Origin: a virus
Taxonomy: Duplodnaviria; Caudoviricetes
Direction: 5' to 3' (one strand)
IMG/VR virus record: IMGVR_UViG_3300042191_000081
Location: 1 to 24,411 of that record
Length of the DNA: 24,411 nucleotides
Position 1 is the stretch's first letter, and every line of letters begins with the position of its first letter. The position numbers and the translations under genes were made by a program. Below are positions 14,758 to 24,404 of this stretch, in pieces. The notes below the pieces were generated by a model that saw only the letters and a program-made list of their open reading frames with translations, was not told the origin of the DNA and ran no database searches.

Positions 14758-17700
14758 CCCGTGGCTTGATGTTGAAACCGAAGACCGGCTGTGGGACGAG
14801 TTGGAGCAGCGGGAGCAGCGCCGTCAGGCGACCGCCCGTTCCGTCACGTTCGGTCAGGCTCAGAATGCGGCAGGACTGGCCGACGCCTACCCGTGGCTCG
14901 ACCCTGGTGTCGTCCAGTCGTTGACGTTGGCCGGACAAGGACCTGGTTCTCAGACCGCCCGGCTGGTAGCTGAGACGGCGGGTCGGTTTGGTGTGGAGGA
15001 TGGGACGTTCGACGAGCCTGCTCCGAATGTGCCGGACAACCAGTTCGACAGTCTGTGGGATGGCATTTCGACGAATGTGGGTCGGGGCCTGTTGAATCTG
15101 AGCCGCGGGGCGATAGCCGTCCTATCCGCCCCCTTCGAAGAAGCGTTCGAACGGGTCGCCCCCGCCATCTTCGCGGCGGAACAGGAGACAGACCCGCTCT
15201 TCCGCGGCGACCTGGGGGAAGGGGCCGTGGCGGGAGCGTTGGAGGCTCCGGGGAATATTGCCGCCTCACTGTCGAAACTGTTGCAGGGCGACTTTTGGGA
15301 TTCGTTTTTCACCAATCTGACCGAAAATGCCGCCCCGTCCACTCTCGCCCTGGCGATAGGTGATATTGCCGATCCGAACCGTTCCCCCGAGTTGTTCGGA
15401 TATGACAAGGAACGCGGCCAAGGGTTGCTCGCCAACTTTGAAAGAAGGCAGCAGTATCGGAATCGGATCACCATCCCCGGCATCACCCCAACCGCGGAGG
15501 ACCCGTGGGCGAACACTGCGACAGTAGGAAGGGTGGTCGCCCGTCAGGTGACAGAACCGGGCACCGAACCATACAAGTTCCTCTCCGGCCTCACCGACTT
15601 CGGGATCAACCTTGCCCCCGTCGACCTCGGCTTGGGGAAAGTGGCGAAGGGTGCCGGACTCATCTCCCGTGCCGACGTGATCGCCGCCGGCGGAAGGGTC
15701 GGTCTGCTTCCCGGGATCAAAAAGGCGGTCAACCTGGACGATGCGGTCGACGGGTTTCTCACCAGCCGGGTCGGACGAAGAATGGTCGACTGGTTCACCG
15801 ACGAGACCGATATCACCCGGATTTGGGAGCGGACCGGGAAGAATCTGGAAACCGCCTGGCAGCTCGCCAACTCGACCACACCTGATGAGACGGCAGCCAT
15901 CTTCCGCAACGTGTTGGGCACCACCCTCCGAGAAGTGCCAACGGCAGGGCCAGTAGGACGTACCGCAGGCCGTGTCACCGGAACGCTGGCGGGCGGTCGG
16001 GCGGGCCTCGACTACGGGTCGGTGTTCGGCACCGGTGCAGTCGTCCAACGCTCACTATCAAACGTCAGGTTCACCCACGAACTGCCCACAAGGGCGATCA
16101 ACCCGCACAACCTCGACGATGCGGCGGTACAAGTCCACGATCTGATCCGCACCGCCAAACTCGGCGACGACCGGGTATCCCACTACCTGAACCGACTTGC
16201 CGAACTCGAATCCGGAGATGCTCCCGGCCTGTACCGGGAGATCATCAGAGAGGGCGGGTTGTACGATGAAGTCTTCTACTCTCTCCTCTCGTCCGGTCCC
16301 AACCCTCTCGGCCTGTCCCGCGGTCGAACAATCCGCGAAGCCCGCAAACTGACCCGAGCGTGGAGTGACGACATTGCTGAGAGCCGCGCCTTCTTCATCG
16401 ACGCCGCAGGCAGAAACGCCGAACTTGCCCCTGCTGTGAACATCATCGACGGGGTAGTCCACGATGCGAAACCTGTCGCCCATCTCCTGGCAGAACGTCT
16501 CGCCAATGCGATCCCTCTCCCCGACGTGCAAGGCATAAAAAGAGCAGCCAACTTCTACAATCGGGTCTGGGATATTCCCGGCGTCACCGACTCTGTGGCG
16601 CTGGCAGATTTCATGTTAGGTACCACCTGGAAGAGTCTTCAACTGGTCACCAGACTGGCCTATCCGGTCCGTGTTATCGGCGAGGAGCAGGTCCGGCTTG
16701 CCGGAGTCGGCTTCTCATCCATGTTCCGCCATCCCATCGACTACCTGTCCTGGGCGGTCGGCTCCCCCAACAACGGGAGGCTGGCTCGACTGTTGAAACG
16801 GGGGGTCGACGAGCAGGGTGTCAAATCGGCGATGGGCGATCTGTTCACCGAAATGGACGACTTCAAATCGGCCATGTCGAGAGGTTCGGGTGGTTGGGCT
16901 GGTGCCTCCGGATACACGTATACCGGCAAGTTCCCCCGGATCGGGAAGGACCACGACCGCTACTTCGACGGGGCTGCCACCGAACTCCAGCAGCTTGCCG
17001 CCGACCCGGTAGCCCAACGGATCGCAGGCGGGTTGAGACAGGGTGACGCCCGGTCGATCGGGATGAGCTTGGACGATCCGAATGCGAACACGGTCGACGC
17101 GATCAAAGAATGGTTCTACCAGGGGACCGGCCAGAAATTCCGCAAAGAACTGTCCGAAGACCCCAACTGGCAGCGGTTGAGAACCGGTACGGATACGACT
17201 ACCGCAAGGTTCGAATCCGACGCCTACATCGACTCTGTCGTCGAGAGATTGAACATCAAAACCGGACAGCATCCCGACCTGTTGGACGCGGTCGGTTCCG
17301 GCAAGCTCGGCGATGTTCCACTGCTTCGGATGGGCGGGGAACGGAAGATTGCACAGGCGTTGGAAGCGTATGTGGATTCGCTTCCGGCCAGGGTGAAAGT
17401 GGAGGACATTGTTGCGGACGGGTCCCGTGTGCAGCAGGCGGTGGCGGTGTGGAACAAGACGGTCGACCGGATGTTCAACATGCTCATGTCCGTCCCCACC
17501 AACGCGTTGTCTCGGAGTCCGCATTTCCGACAGGCGTATTGGAATCGGATGGAAGAACTCCTCGGCTATGCCGACCGGCCCACCCAGGAAGCCCTGATCC
17601 GTTCTGCCGCCGAATTGGGCAATCTGTCGCGGGACCGGCAGGTAGAGATGGCCCGGATCGTGAATCGGATGACTGGCACCAAGATCCAGTCGTTGGAAGA

Positions 17701-19354
17701 GGCAGACAACATTGCAAGAGCCTTCGCCCTAGAAGCGACACGGGACACCCTCTACGATCTGACCAGACGAAACCAGTTCTTCGACAGTTTCCGTCTCATC
17801 TTCCCGTTCGGTGAGGCGTGGAAGGAGATTTTCACCGCCTGGACTCGGATCGTCGGCAACAAGCCGTCCATGCTGCGAAGATTCCAACAGTCCATACAGG
17901 GCGGTTTGGGGCCAGGATTCGGAGAGTTGGCCTCCGAATATCTTGGGACGGGAACTCTGCCCGGACAAGGGTTTTTCCATGAGAACGATCATGGGGATCT
18001 GGTGTTCAACTATCCCGGCTCCGTGTTGGCCTCCCGCTTCCTCTTAGAAGAAGGCGGAGTGTTGAAGAGGTTTGGGGCGATGTTCGACTCGACCGAACCC
18101 GCCCGCATGGTGTTCACCGGAGAGCTGGCCGGGCTGAATCTGATGTCCGCCACCATCCTCCCCGGACTCGGGCCGACCGTCCAGGTTCCCGCCGCTGTGT
18201 TCACCGAAGTGTTCAACTATGACCTGCCCGACGCTATAGAGAACATCGTCTTCCCGTTCGGCAAACCGCCCGTCACCGAAGGTATCGGAACCACTCTGGC
18301 CGACGTGTATCTGCCCGCCTGGCTGGACAAGTGGGAGACGGCAATGGCCGACCCCGACTCGCATCGGCTGTTGGGGAACACGGTGATGGATGTGATGCGT
18401 GCCCTCGTCTCCTCCGGCGAATATTCGACGGATTCTCAGGAGGAGATCGACCGTCTCTACGACGCCGCGGTAGATCGGGCGAAACTGCTCTTCTGGATTC
18501 GCGGGGCAGCCCAGTCGACCGCTCCGACCGGGCCGGGAGTCCAATGGACTACCCAGGATCTTCAAGGGAATCTGGTGCCGTTGCAGTGGATGGTCGACGA
18601 ATTCCACCGTCTCGCCGACGAGTATGGGGATTATGACCGTGCTGCCGACGAATGGTTGCGCAGGTTCGGCACCGACAATCTGCTCGCCCTGCAAGGCAAA
18701 ACGAGGGAGCTGGTACCTCGGCCGTTGGACTCGGAGGGTGCCGGCTGGGTTGAAGCCCACCCCGAACTGGAAAAACGGTATGGGCTGACTGTCGGGTTCT
18801 ACGCGCCCGACCCGACCAGCGGCGAATTCGACTACAGCGCCTACCTGGAAACGATCAACGAGGGTACCCGCCAGGCGTTGACCCCCCGCGAGATGGTGGC
18901 CCTGTCCAACCAGTTCAAAGGCCGTCTGGCCTACGAGCATTTGAAATCGCAGGTGGAAGGCCGCACCGACGCCCAGGCTGCTTTATGGCTGGCCGATGCG
19001 AAACAGCGGCTGGCGGAAGAGTATCCCGGCTACGACGGGTACATCCCGTTGAAAGATGCGCCTGCCACCGAAGATTTCATCGCCGAATTCGAACGTGCCA
19101 TTCAAGATCCTGAACTTCAAGGCGTTCCCGCCGTCGAAGGCATCCGGCTTTACATGGAGGCTCGTACGGCAGCGCAGGCGGTAGTCGACGAGAACTCGGC
19201 ACGGTTGAACAACTCCCGCGGGTTCACTTCCTCTGATTCCACCCGGTTCCTCCGGGAATGGCTCAGAGCTGCCGCCGAAGAGATAACCGGCCAGCACCCC
19301 GAATTCGGGGCTGTCTGGCGTCATGTGTTCCAACGGGAGTTGGCCGATGACTAG
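14741..19354 (+). CDS. Very large putative internal virion/DNA-ejection protein, about 1537 aa (start may be TTG 14747)
   Basis: Size, largely helical composition and position among structural genes; no tape-measure repeats; no catalytic motif recognised. Confidence 0.7.
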   Translation: MDLAVYPWLDVETEDRLWDELEQREQRRQATARSVTFGQAQNAAGLADAYPWLDPGVVQSLTLAGQGPGSQTARLVAETAGRFGVEDGTFDEPAPNVPDNQFDSLWDGISTNVGRGLLNLSRGAIAVLSAPFEEAFERVAPAIFAAEQETDPLFRGDLGEGAVAGALEAPGNIAASLSKLLQGDFWDSFFTNLTENAAPSTLALAIGDIADPNRSPELFGYDKERGQGLLANFERRQQYRNRITIPGITPTAEDPWANTATVGRVVARQVTEPGTEPYKFLSGLTDFGINLAPVDLGLGKVAKGAGLISRADVIAAGGRVGLLPGIKKAVNLDDAVDGFLTSRVGRRMVDWFTDETDITRIWERTGKNLETAWQLANSTTPDETAAIFRNVLGTTLREVPTAGPVGRTAGRVTGTLAGGRAGLDYGSVFGTGAVVQRSLSNVRFTHELPTRAINPHNLDDAAVQVHDLIRTAKLGDDRVSHYLNRLAELESGDAPGLYREIIREGGLYDEVFYSLLSSGPNPLGLSRGRTIREARKLTRAWSDDIAESRAFFIDAAGRNAELAPAVNIIDGVVHDAKPVAHLLAERLANAIPLPDVQGIKRAANFYNRVWDIPGVTDSVALADFMLGTTWKSLQLVTRLAYPVRVIGEEQVRLAGVGFSSMFRHPIDYLSWAVGSPNNGRLARLLKRGVDEQGVKSAMGDLFTEMDDFKSAMSRGSGGWAGASGYTYTGKFPRIGKDHDRYFDGAATELQQLAADPVAQRIAGGLRQGDARSIGMSLDDPNANTVDAIKEWFYQGTGQKFRKELSEDPNWQRLRTGTDTTTARFESDAYIDSVVERLNIKTGQHPDLLDAVGSGKLGDVPLLRMGGERKIAQALEAYVDSLPARVKVEDIVADGSRVQQAVAVWNKTVDRMFNMLMSVPTNALSRSPHFRQAYWNRMEELLGYADRPTQEALIRSAAELGNLSRDRQVEMARIVNRMTGTKIQSLEEADNIARAFALEATRDTLYDLTRRNQFFDSFRLIFPFGEAWKEIFTAWTRIVGNKPSMLRRFQQSIQGGLGPGFGELASEYLGTGTLPGQGFFHENDHGDLVFNYPGSVLASRFLLEEGGVLKRFGAMFDSTEPARMVFTGELAGLNLMSATILPGLGPTVQVPAAVFTEVFNYDLPDAIENIVFPFGKPPVTEGIGTTLADVYLPAWLDKWETAMADPDSHRLLGNTVMDVMRALVSSGEYSTDSQEEIDRLYDAAVDRAKLLFWIRGAAQSTAPTGPGVQWTTQDLQGNLVPLQWMVDEFHRLADEYGDYDRAADEWLRRFGTDNLLALQGKTRELVPRPLDSEGAGWVEAHPELEKRYGLTVGFYAPDPTSGEFDYSAYLETINEGTRQALTPREMVALSNQFKGRLAYEHLKSQVEGRTDAQAALWLADAKQRLAEEYPGYDGYIPLKDAPATEDFIAEFERAIQDPELQGVPAVEGIRLYMEARTAAQAVVDENSARLNNSRGFTSSDSTRFLREWLRAAAEEITGQHPEFGAVWRHVFQRELADD

Positions 19355-19363
19355 GAGGTGGAC

Positions 19364-20485
19364 ATGACTATTGCCGGTGGTGGAAGCCGACTGACGGGGA
19401 TGACCGCCGAACAGGCCAATGCTGTCCTCGAAGGCGACCCGACCCAGGAGGAGCTGTTCGCTGCTCTGGTCACCCTGGCGAAGACAAGTCCAGGCCAATA
19501 TGATCAGGCGCTCACCCGTGCCGCCCAGGTTCTCACCGGGCAGACCGGCCAGCCTGTCACCGAAGATCAGGTACGTCAGGTGGTCGACGACCTCACCGGC
19601 ACCGCTGCTACGGGTGGTCCGCCGCCACTCGTCGTCCCGCCCGAAGAGGCGGCTGGGACTGGCCGGAGGATTCCCCCACCCCTCGGCGGCGATCTCACCG
19701 TTCCTGTCACCGGCCCCAACGCAGCCTTCACCGGACGGTCTACTCCTGGTGGGGTGGAGACGACTGGCCGCTACCGGGCGGGCGACGAATATCAGCCGCA
19801 AACCATGTCGCCCACCGAAATCCGACGACGGCAGAAAGAGCTCGAAAAGGCCGGGCTGCTTCAACCTGGCTACACCCCCGGCTTTTGGGATCAGGCATCA
19901 GCCGACGCGCTGTTCGAGGCGATGACCTATGCGAACCGGGGTGGCACCGACGTACAAGATGTGATAGCCCAACTGATCGCCCTACCCCGCAATGTGGAAC
20001 GTCCCAAGTTTGAGGCTCCACCGGAGATCAAACCTGATCCAGCCTTCATAGCCCAATCCGTGAAAGCGACGTTCCGTTCTCGACTCGGTAGGGAGCCGAC
20101 CGCTGAGGAGCTTGCCGAATTCGGCGGGTACTGGACATCACAGTACGGGGCTGTCTACGACGAGCAGGTGGCGTTGGCTCGCAGCCAATTCGACACGGAG
20201 GTAGCCGGGATGGACGCGGAGGAGGCGTGGGCGAGGCGTCAGGAAATGTTGGATGCGGGTGCGACTCCTTCTGAACTGCGTGCCGCCGGACTGTGGGATA
20301 TCCAACCACCCGACACGGGTGCAGGCTCGTTTACTGATGTGGACCCGGCATCCCGGTTCGCGGAACGGTTCGACGCCCGGTTCCGTCCTGAAATGGAGTT
20401 CATCGAAGGGCAGCAGGATACGGTACGGAATGCGAACAACGTGTTCGCCTCGCTGACGCGAATGTCGAGTCTGGTGGGCCGATGA
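19364..20485 (+). CDS. Putative internal virion protein with a peptidoglycan-binding-like segment
   Basis: AGGAGGTGG RBS before ATG 19364; EIRRRQKELEKAGLL...G.WD..SADAL resembles PG_binding_1; LGREPT.EE motif. Confidence 0.65.
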   Translation: MTIAGGGSRLTGMTAEQANAVLEGDPTQEELFAALVTLAKTSPGQYDQALTRAAQVLTGQTGQPVTEDQVRQVVDDLTGTAATGGPPPLVVPPEEAAGTGRRIPPPLGGDLTVPVTGPNAAFTGRSTPGGVETTGRYRAGDEYQPQTMSPTEIRRRQKELEKAGLLQPGYTPGFWDQASADALFEAMTYANRGGTDVQDVIAQLIALPRNVERPKFEAPPEIKPDPAFIAQSVKATFRSRLGREPTAEELAEFGGYWTSQYGAVYDEQVALARSQFDTEVAGMDAEEAWARRQEMLDAGATPSELRAAGLWDIQPPDTGAGSFTDVDPASRFAERFDARFRPEMEFIEGQQDTVRNANNVFASLTRMSSLVGR

Positions 20486-21297
20486 CGACACGTCAGCCGC
20501 TCGACGGGATTCTCACCGGCATCTTCGACCGTCTCTCCCAGCAGGTGGCAGGCGGACTCCGCTCCGACCCGAGAGATCTGCTCCCTGAAGTGGACAACCC
20601 GTTGGAAGGACTAGTGCCCGACGAGTTCCGTCCTGAAGTGTCGTCGTTCGACTGGTTCGACCCGACCGTCTGGGCGCGGGCCTCCTCTGATGATATGAGC
20701 ATGGTCGACCCGAACCGTGTCCAACCGGCCACAGGTGCGGGGAAGGATGGAAGGGGGATGGACTGGTTTCGGGGTGGGGAGGCTCCGAACAATCTGACCA
20801 ACCGCAACAATCCGCTCTACCAGGCTCGCCGAGATTTCGCCGTTCAAGCCGCCTCACAGATCGAAAACCTGTTCGACGTGTCCGCTCAGGGGTCGGCCGG
20901 ATATCTGCGACCGTACAGCAGATCCCATGCGGCACCAGGCGGACCGTCAGGAAACAGCGACCATTATTCGGGTGGGGCCGTCGACTTCTTCGGCAGCAAA
21001 GAAGAGCTGACCGCGTTACGGAACTGGCTGATCGTCCAGCCGTTCACATCGTTTGTCCGCTGGCAGAGCGAATCCCACTACGACCATGTGCATGTCTCAT
21101 TCGATTTGGGATGGGTCGCCCAAAACTATTTTCAAGGTCGGAGCCTCCCCACATTCACACAAGCCCCACGTTCCGCGGCGATTCCCGGCGCTCCAGAGGC
21201 GGCACGACGTTCCACTAGCCCCGGAGGGGCTGTGCAGGGAAGCCCGCAAACCCCGGTTCAGGTAGCTGAGGACCCGAATTTGAACCGGGTGATTTGA
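20482..21297 (+). CDS. Virion-associated zinc peptidase (M15/Hedgehog-DD-peptidase-like)
   Basis: R....SDHYSGGAVDF ... HYDHVHVSF gives the H-x6-D...HxH zinc signature; flanks are low complexity. Confidence 0.75.
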   Translation: MTTRQPLDGILTGIFDRLSQQVAGGLRSDPRDLLPEVDNPLEGLVPDEFRPEVSSFDWFDPTVWARASSDDMSMVDPNRVQPATGAGKDGRGMDWFRGGEAPNNLTNRNNPLYQARRDFAVQAASQIENLFDVSAQGSAGYLRPYSRSHAAPGGPSGNSDHYSGGAVDFFGSKEELTALRNWLIVQPFTSFVRWQSESHYDHVHVSFDLGWVAQNYFQGRSLPTFTQAPRSAAIPGAPEAARRSTSPGGAVQGSPQTPVQVAEDPNLNRVI

Positions 21298-21306
21298 GGT
21301 GGGGTT

Positions 21307-22428
21307 ATGGCACAAACTCTGAATCAGGTTCCACCGAACCTTGACGTGTGGGAGGTGGGAGGCCGCACCTTCCTCGTCCGGATGAACGACCGGGTTTCAC
21401 CGCCGATCCCCATGTACTGGGAGGTGACCGGCGAAGACCGCGAAGCTCTAGGTATCCAACGGGTCGACCGCTCGTTTGGTAGTTGGGATGAGTTCTACCG
21501 GACCGGCGCACTCTCCTTCGGCAATTCGCGGGAGCTGGTGAATACGACGGTCGACCCGGTTGAAACCATCTACTCGAACTATGAGACAGAAGTCCGGGTG
21601 AAACCGTGGCTGGCCGACCCCGAAATTCTCACCCTGTGGGAAGCCGCCGCACTCGAAGGTCGGTCTATTTCGGATGCCGAACTGCAAGGGTCGAACTGGT
21701 GGCGGACCCATTCTGATACGGAACGCCAGTGGATCTCGCTGAATGCGGCCGATCCGACAACAGCGAACCGGCTCATCTCAGACAATCGGATACGAGTCGC
21801 CGACCTGTTCGCCAAGTCCGGAGTGGCTAATGCTTCACCCGCTTTGGCGGAGCTGGTGGCGGACAAGTGGACGCAAGGCACTTGGACGGAAGCCTACGCC
21901 ATCACTCAGATCAAACTTCTCGCCGATCCGATGGCCGGAGGGACGCTCGACCCCGAGCTAACCCAGTTCCGTACCGGATTGGATACGACCCGGGGGGAGG
22001 AGGATACGGTCAAAAACCTGGTCAACACGTGGCTCGGACCCGCCTACGCGTCAAACTGGGGAGCAGAGAACATTGCCTCCTGGGCTGGGAAACTGCGGAA
22101 CGATCCGGATGCACGATTGGAGCTCCAGGAGATTCTTCAGAAGCACAGGCTGGCCCTCTACCCCGAATACGCCAATCCGAATTTGACCTACGAGGATATA
22201 GCCGGACCGTGGCGGGGAGTCTTCTCCTCAGTGTGGGGACAAACCCCGGATGAGACGGACAAGCTGTTCACCCGAATCCTCCGGATGAACGATCTCGGCT
22301 CGGCGGAGAAGCTGCTCCGGTCTGAAGGGTTGAAACGGAACAATCGGACGGTGGTTGAGGATCTCATGTCGAATCTGAATGGTGCGTTCGGCGGTCAGAT
22401 CCGCCGTGCCGACCCGGCGATCGTCTAA
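21307..22428 (+). CDS. Putative internal virion protein, 373 aa
   Basis: GAGGTGG RBS; long GC3-rich ORF in the structural cluster. Confidence 0.7.
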   Translation: MAQTLNQVPPNLDVWEVGGRTFLVRMNDRVSPPIPMYWEVTGEDREALGIQRVDRSFGSWDEFYRTGALSFGNSRELVNTTVDPVETIYSNYETEVRVKPWLADPEILTLWEAAALEGRSISDAELQGSNWWRTHSDTERQWISLNAADPTTANRLISDNRIRVADLFAKSGVANASPALAELVADKWTQGTWTEAYAITQIKLLADPMAGGTLDPELTQFRTGLDTTRGEEDTVKNLVNTWLGPAYASNWGAENIASWAGKLRNDPDARLELQEILQKHRLALYPEYANPNLTYEDIAGPWRGVFSSVWGQTPDETDKLFTRILRMNDLGSAEKLLRSEGLKRNNRTVVEDLMSNLNGAFGGQIRRADPAIV

Positions 22429-22440
22429 GGGGGTGAGATA

Positions 22441-23682
22441 GTGGACGCTTTCTGGCAGTGGCTCACCCAGCCTGGCGGGCTCATCTCCGGCGACTGGACG
22501 TACTATGCGCAGGGCCGGGCGACCGCCGCCGAATATGCTCATGCGATCCGCACGGCCATCGGGAATCTGGCCTACGCGTCTGATCCGACAGCAGCCTCCG
22601 AGTTTTACCGGCGTCTCCGTGAGACGGGCGCATACGCCGGAGATTTCAACTACTACGCCTCTGGTGCTGCTCAAGCTTCCGAAGTCGAAAATCTGATAAA
22701 CGTCGCCTCCGGTGCCCTCTACAATCAGGCTCAGACTGTCGCATCTCAGCCTCCCGCCCCCGTATCAGCCCCGGTCGCACCGCCAGCCCCCGCACCTACA
22801 CCCGCACCTGCGCCGGTCACCCCGCCGACACCTACACCGGCTCCTGCCCCGCCCGCTCCTGAGCCGATCGACTGGAAGGCGAGAGTCCAAGCCTTATACC
22901 CGTGGCTTCCCGCCTCACTCGTATCCCTGTTCGCTGAAAGATGGTCTGAGACAGGCGACCCGAATCTGGCTTTGGCCGAAGTCCGCGCGTCGGACGCTTA
23001 CAACCAGGCGTTCCCCGGGATCAAACGGGACGACGGCAGCCTGCGAATGTCCGAGCAGGAATGGTTCTCCACCCGCGAAGCGTATAGCACCCTGTTCAGA
23101 GAGTTCGGGTTGAACAACAACCTGTTCACAGACAGGTTTACCGAACTGATGGAAGGCAACGTCTCACCTTCAGAACTTGCCGGACGGCTGGGCGGGGCGT
23201 TCGAGCTGATGAACAATATTCCCGAAGTCCGCGATGCTTTCGAAGGCTTGTATGGGGTGTCGGGTGGGGCGGCTGTGTTCGCCTGGTTTATCGACCCGGA
23301 CCTGGGGCAGGCGATCATCGACAAGAGGGTGTCTGTCGCTCAGGTCGCCGGAGAAGGACTGGCCCGCGGGTTCGACACGATCGGCTCGGGTCTTGCGGAG
23401 AGATTGGTGGCGGGTGGGGTGGATCAGGGGTTGGCCCGCAACTTCTTCGTCCAGGCGGAAGGCCAACTGTTCACCCTCGACCAGTTGGCACAGCGGCATC
23501 GCGACCCGGACGACACCTTCGACTTGGAAGAGTTTGCTGAGGCCAACATCTTCGGCGACGCTGAGCAGACTCGCCGTATCAGACGGTTGCTCCGGCAGGA
23601 GGCTTCACTGTTCCAGACTGGCGGGTTCGGCCAGGTGACCACCAGCCAAGACTTCGCCCTCACCGGATTAACTCCCCGATAA
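22441..23682 (+). CDS. Putative internal virion protein with N-terminal tandem repeat and Pro/Ala linker, 413 aa
   Basis: GGGGGTG RBS; two GDxxYYAxG repeats, PAPAPTP linker, then AFPG...SE.EW...E.Y domain. Confidence 0.7.
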   Translation: MDAFWQWLTQPGGLISGDWTYYAQGRATAAEYAHAIRTAIGNLAYASDPTAASEFYRRLRETGAYAGDFNYYASGAAQASEVENLINVASGALYNQAQTVASQPPAPVSAPVAPPAPAPTPAPAPVTPPTPTPAPAPPAPEPIDWKARVQALYPWLPASLVSLFAERWSETGDPNLALAEVRASDAYNQAFPGIKRDDGSLRMSEQEWFSTREAYSTLFREFGLNNNLFTDRFTELMEGNVSPSELAGRLGGAFELMNNIPEVRDAFEGLYGVSGGAAVFAWFIDPDLGQAIIDKRVSVAQVAGEGLARGFDTIGSGLAERLVAGGVDQGLARNFFVQAEGQLFTLDQLAQRHRDPDDTFDLEEFAEANIFGDAEQTRRIRRLLRQEASLFQTGGFGQVTTSQDFALTGLTPR

Positions 23683-23684
23683 GC

Positions 23685-23713
23685 TTGACTCAGCAAACCT
23701 GAGTCGCTAGGTT
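23685..23713 (+). promoter_or_regulatory. Sigma-A-type promoter for the head (scaffold/capsid) operon
   Basis: TTGACT - 17 bp - TAGGTT; overlapped by inverted repeat GACTCAG-CAAAC-CTGAGTC. Confidence 0.7.
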
Positions 23714-23719
23714 GCAGAT

Positions 23720-23960
23720 CACGACGGCTTCGGCTGTGTCGTCGTAGGGCAATCAACCAGTCGTAAGCCCATCCAGGTCATCGGAACCATCTCGTTCCAT
23801 CCGACCGAACCCTTGTGGCTTTGCCGTGCACTGGACGCGCCCGGACAGAGCCTCACCACCGCGAAAGCCTGTGGTTTCACCCTATGGCGTGTCCCGTCGT
23901 TCCCTCCGTCAGCAGGAACGTATCTCGCAGGAGTCTGGCGTCAGCGAAAGGAAGTGAAAC
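23720..23960 (+). ncRNA. Candidate structured leader RNA/ncRNA
   Basis: Multiple stems with cUUCGg and GAAA tetraloops between the promoter and the scaffold RBS. Confidence 0.5.
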
Positions 23961-23963
23961 CAA

Positions 23964-24404
23964 ATGTCAGAAGAAACCATCATCGAAGAGACGACCGACA
24001 AGGAGAAGAATTTCCGTGCCCTCGAAGAGGAGCGGGATCGTCTTCTTTCGGAGTTGCGTCCGTTGAAGGCTAGGGATGCGGTGTCGGCTGCCGGGTTCAG
24101 CCCGGACAGTCCTGAGGGGAAAGCCCTCCACCGTTTGGCCCTATCTGAAGTGGATGTGGATGCGGACAAGGTGAAGGCGCTGGCCGACGAACTCGGATTC
24201 GAGATTGTCGCGCCGAAACCTGAATTGACGCCGACTGAGCAGGCCGCGGTTGCGGGCTCTCAACGTCAGCAGGATCTCAATTCGGTGACAACTTCTGACG
24301 GGCCACCCTCATCGGATCAGGCGATTGCGGAGGCTGAAGCAGCGGGAGACTGGGGCCTTTCGGGCCGGTTGAAGTTGCAGCAGTTCCTCTCAGCCAACCA
24401 GTAG
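23964..24404 (+). CDS. Putative capsid scaffolding protein, 146 aa
   Basis: AAAGGAAGTG RBS; acidic N-terminus, coiled coil, short C-terminal helical hairpin; first gene after a promoter at the end of the virion cluster. Confidence 0.6.
   Translation: MSEETIIEETTDKEKNFRALEEERDRLLSELRPLKARDAVSAAGFSPDSPEGKALHRLALSEVDVDADKVKALADELGFEIVAPKPELTPTEQAAVAGSQRQQDLNSVTTSDGPPSSDQAIAEAEAAGDWGLSGRLKLQQFLSANQ

Noticed and set aside
14741-19354. Tape-measure protein or virion RNA polymerase
   Set aside because: No periodic TMP repeats, no adjacent tail-tube or chaperone genes, no recognisable polymerase catalytic motif
726-19363. Genome-wide amber (TAG) recoding, since TAG stops at 728, 1204, 11731 and 19354 are in frame with the next gene
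   Set aside because: Each downstream gene has its own RBS, long ORFs contain no internal TAG, and no suppressor tRNA is visible; TAGATG and TAGGAGG overlaps explain the pattern. Only 11731 is kept as a local candidate
6194-23756. Long antisense and alternate-frame ORFs within structural genes (e.g. 10627..11316, 15266..16048, 16715..17524, 18044..18940, 18983..19864)
   Set aside because: Shadow ORFs expected in high-GC coding DNA; no RBS or recognisable motifs
23813-24073. ORFs 23813..24073 and 23815..24066
   Set aside because: No RBS, they overlap the better-supported 23964 gene, and they lie in the structured leader
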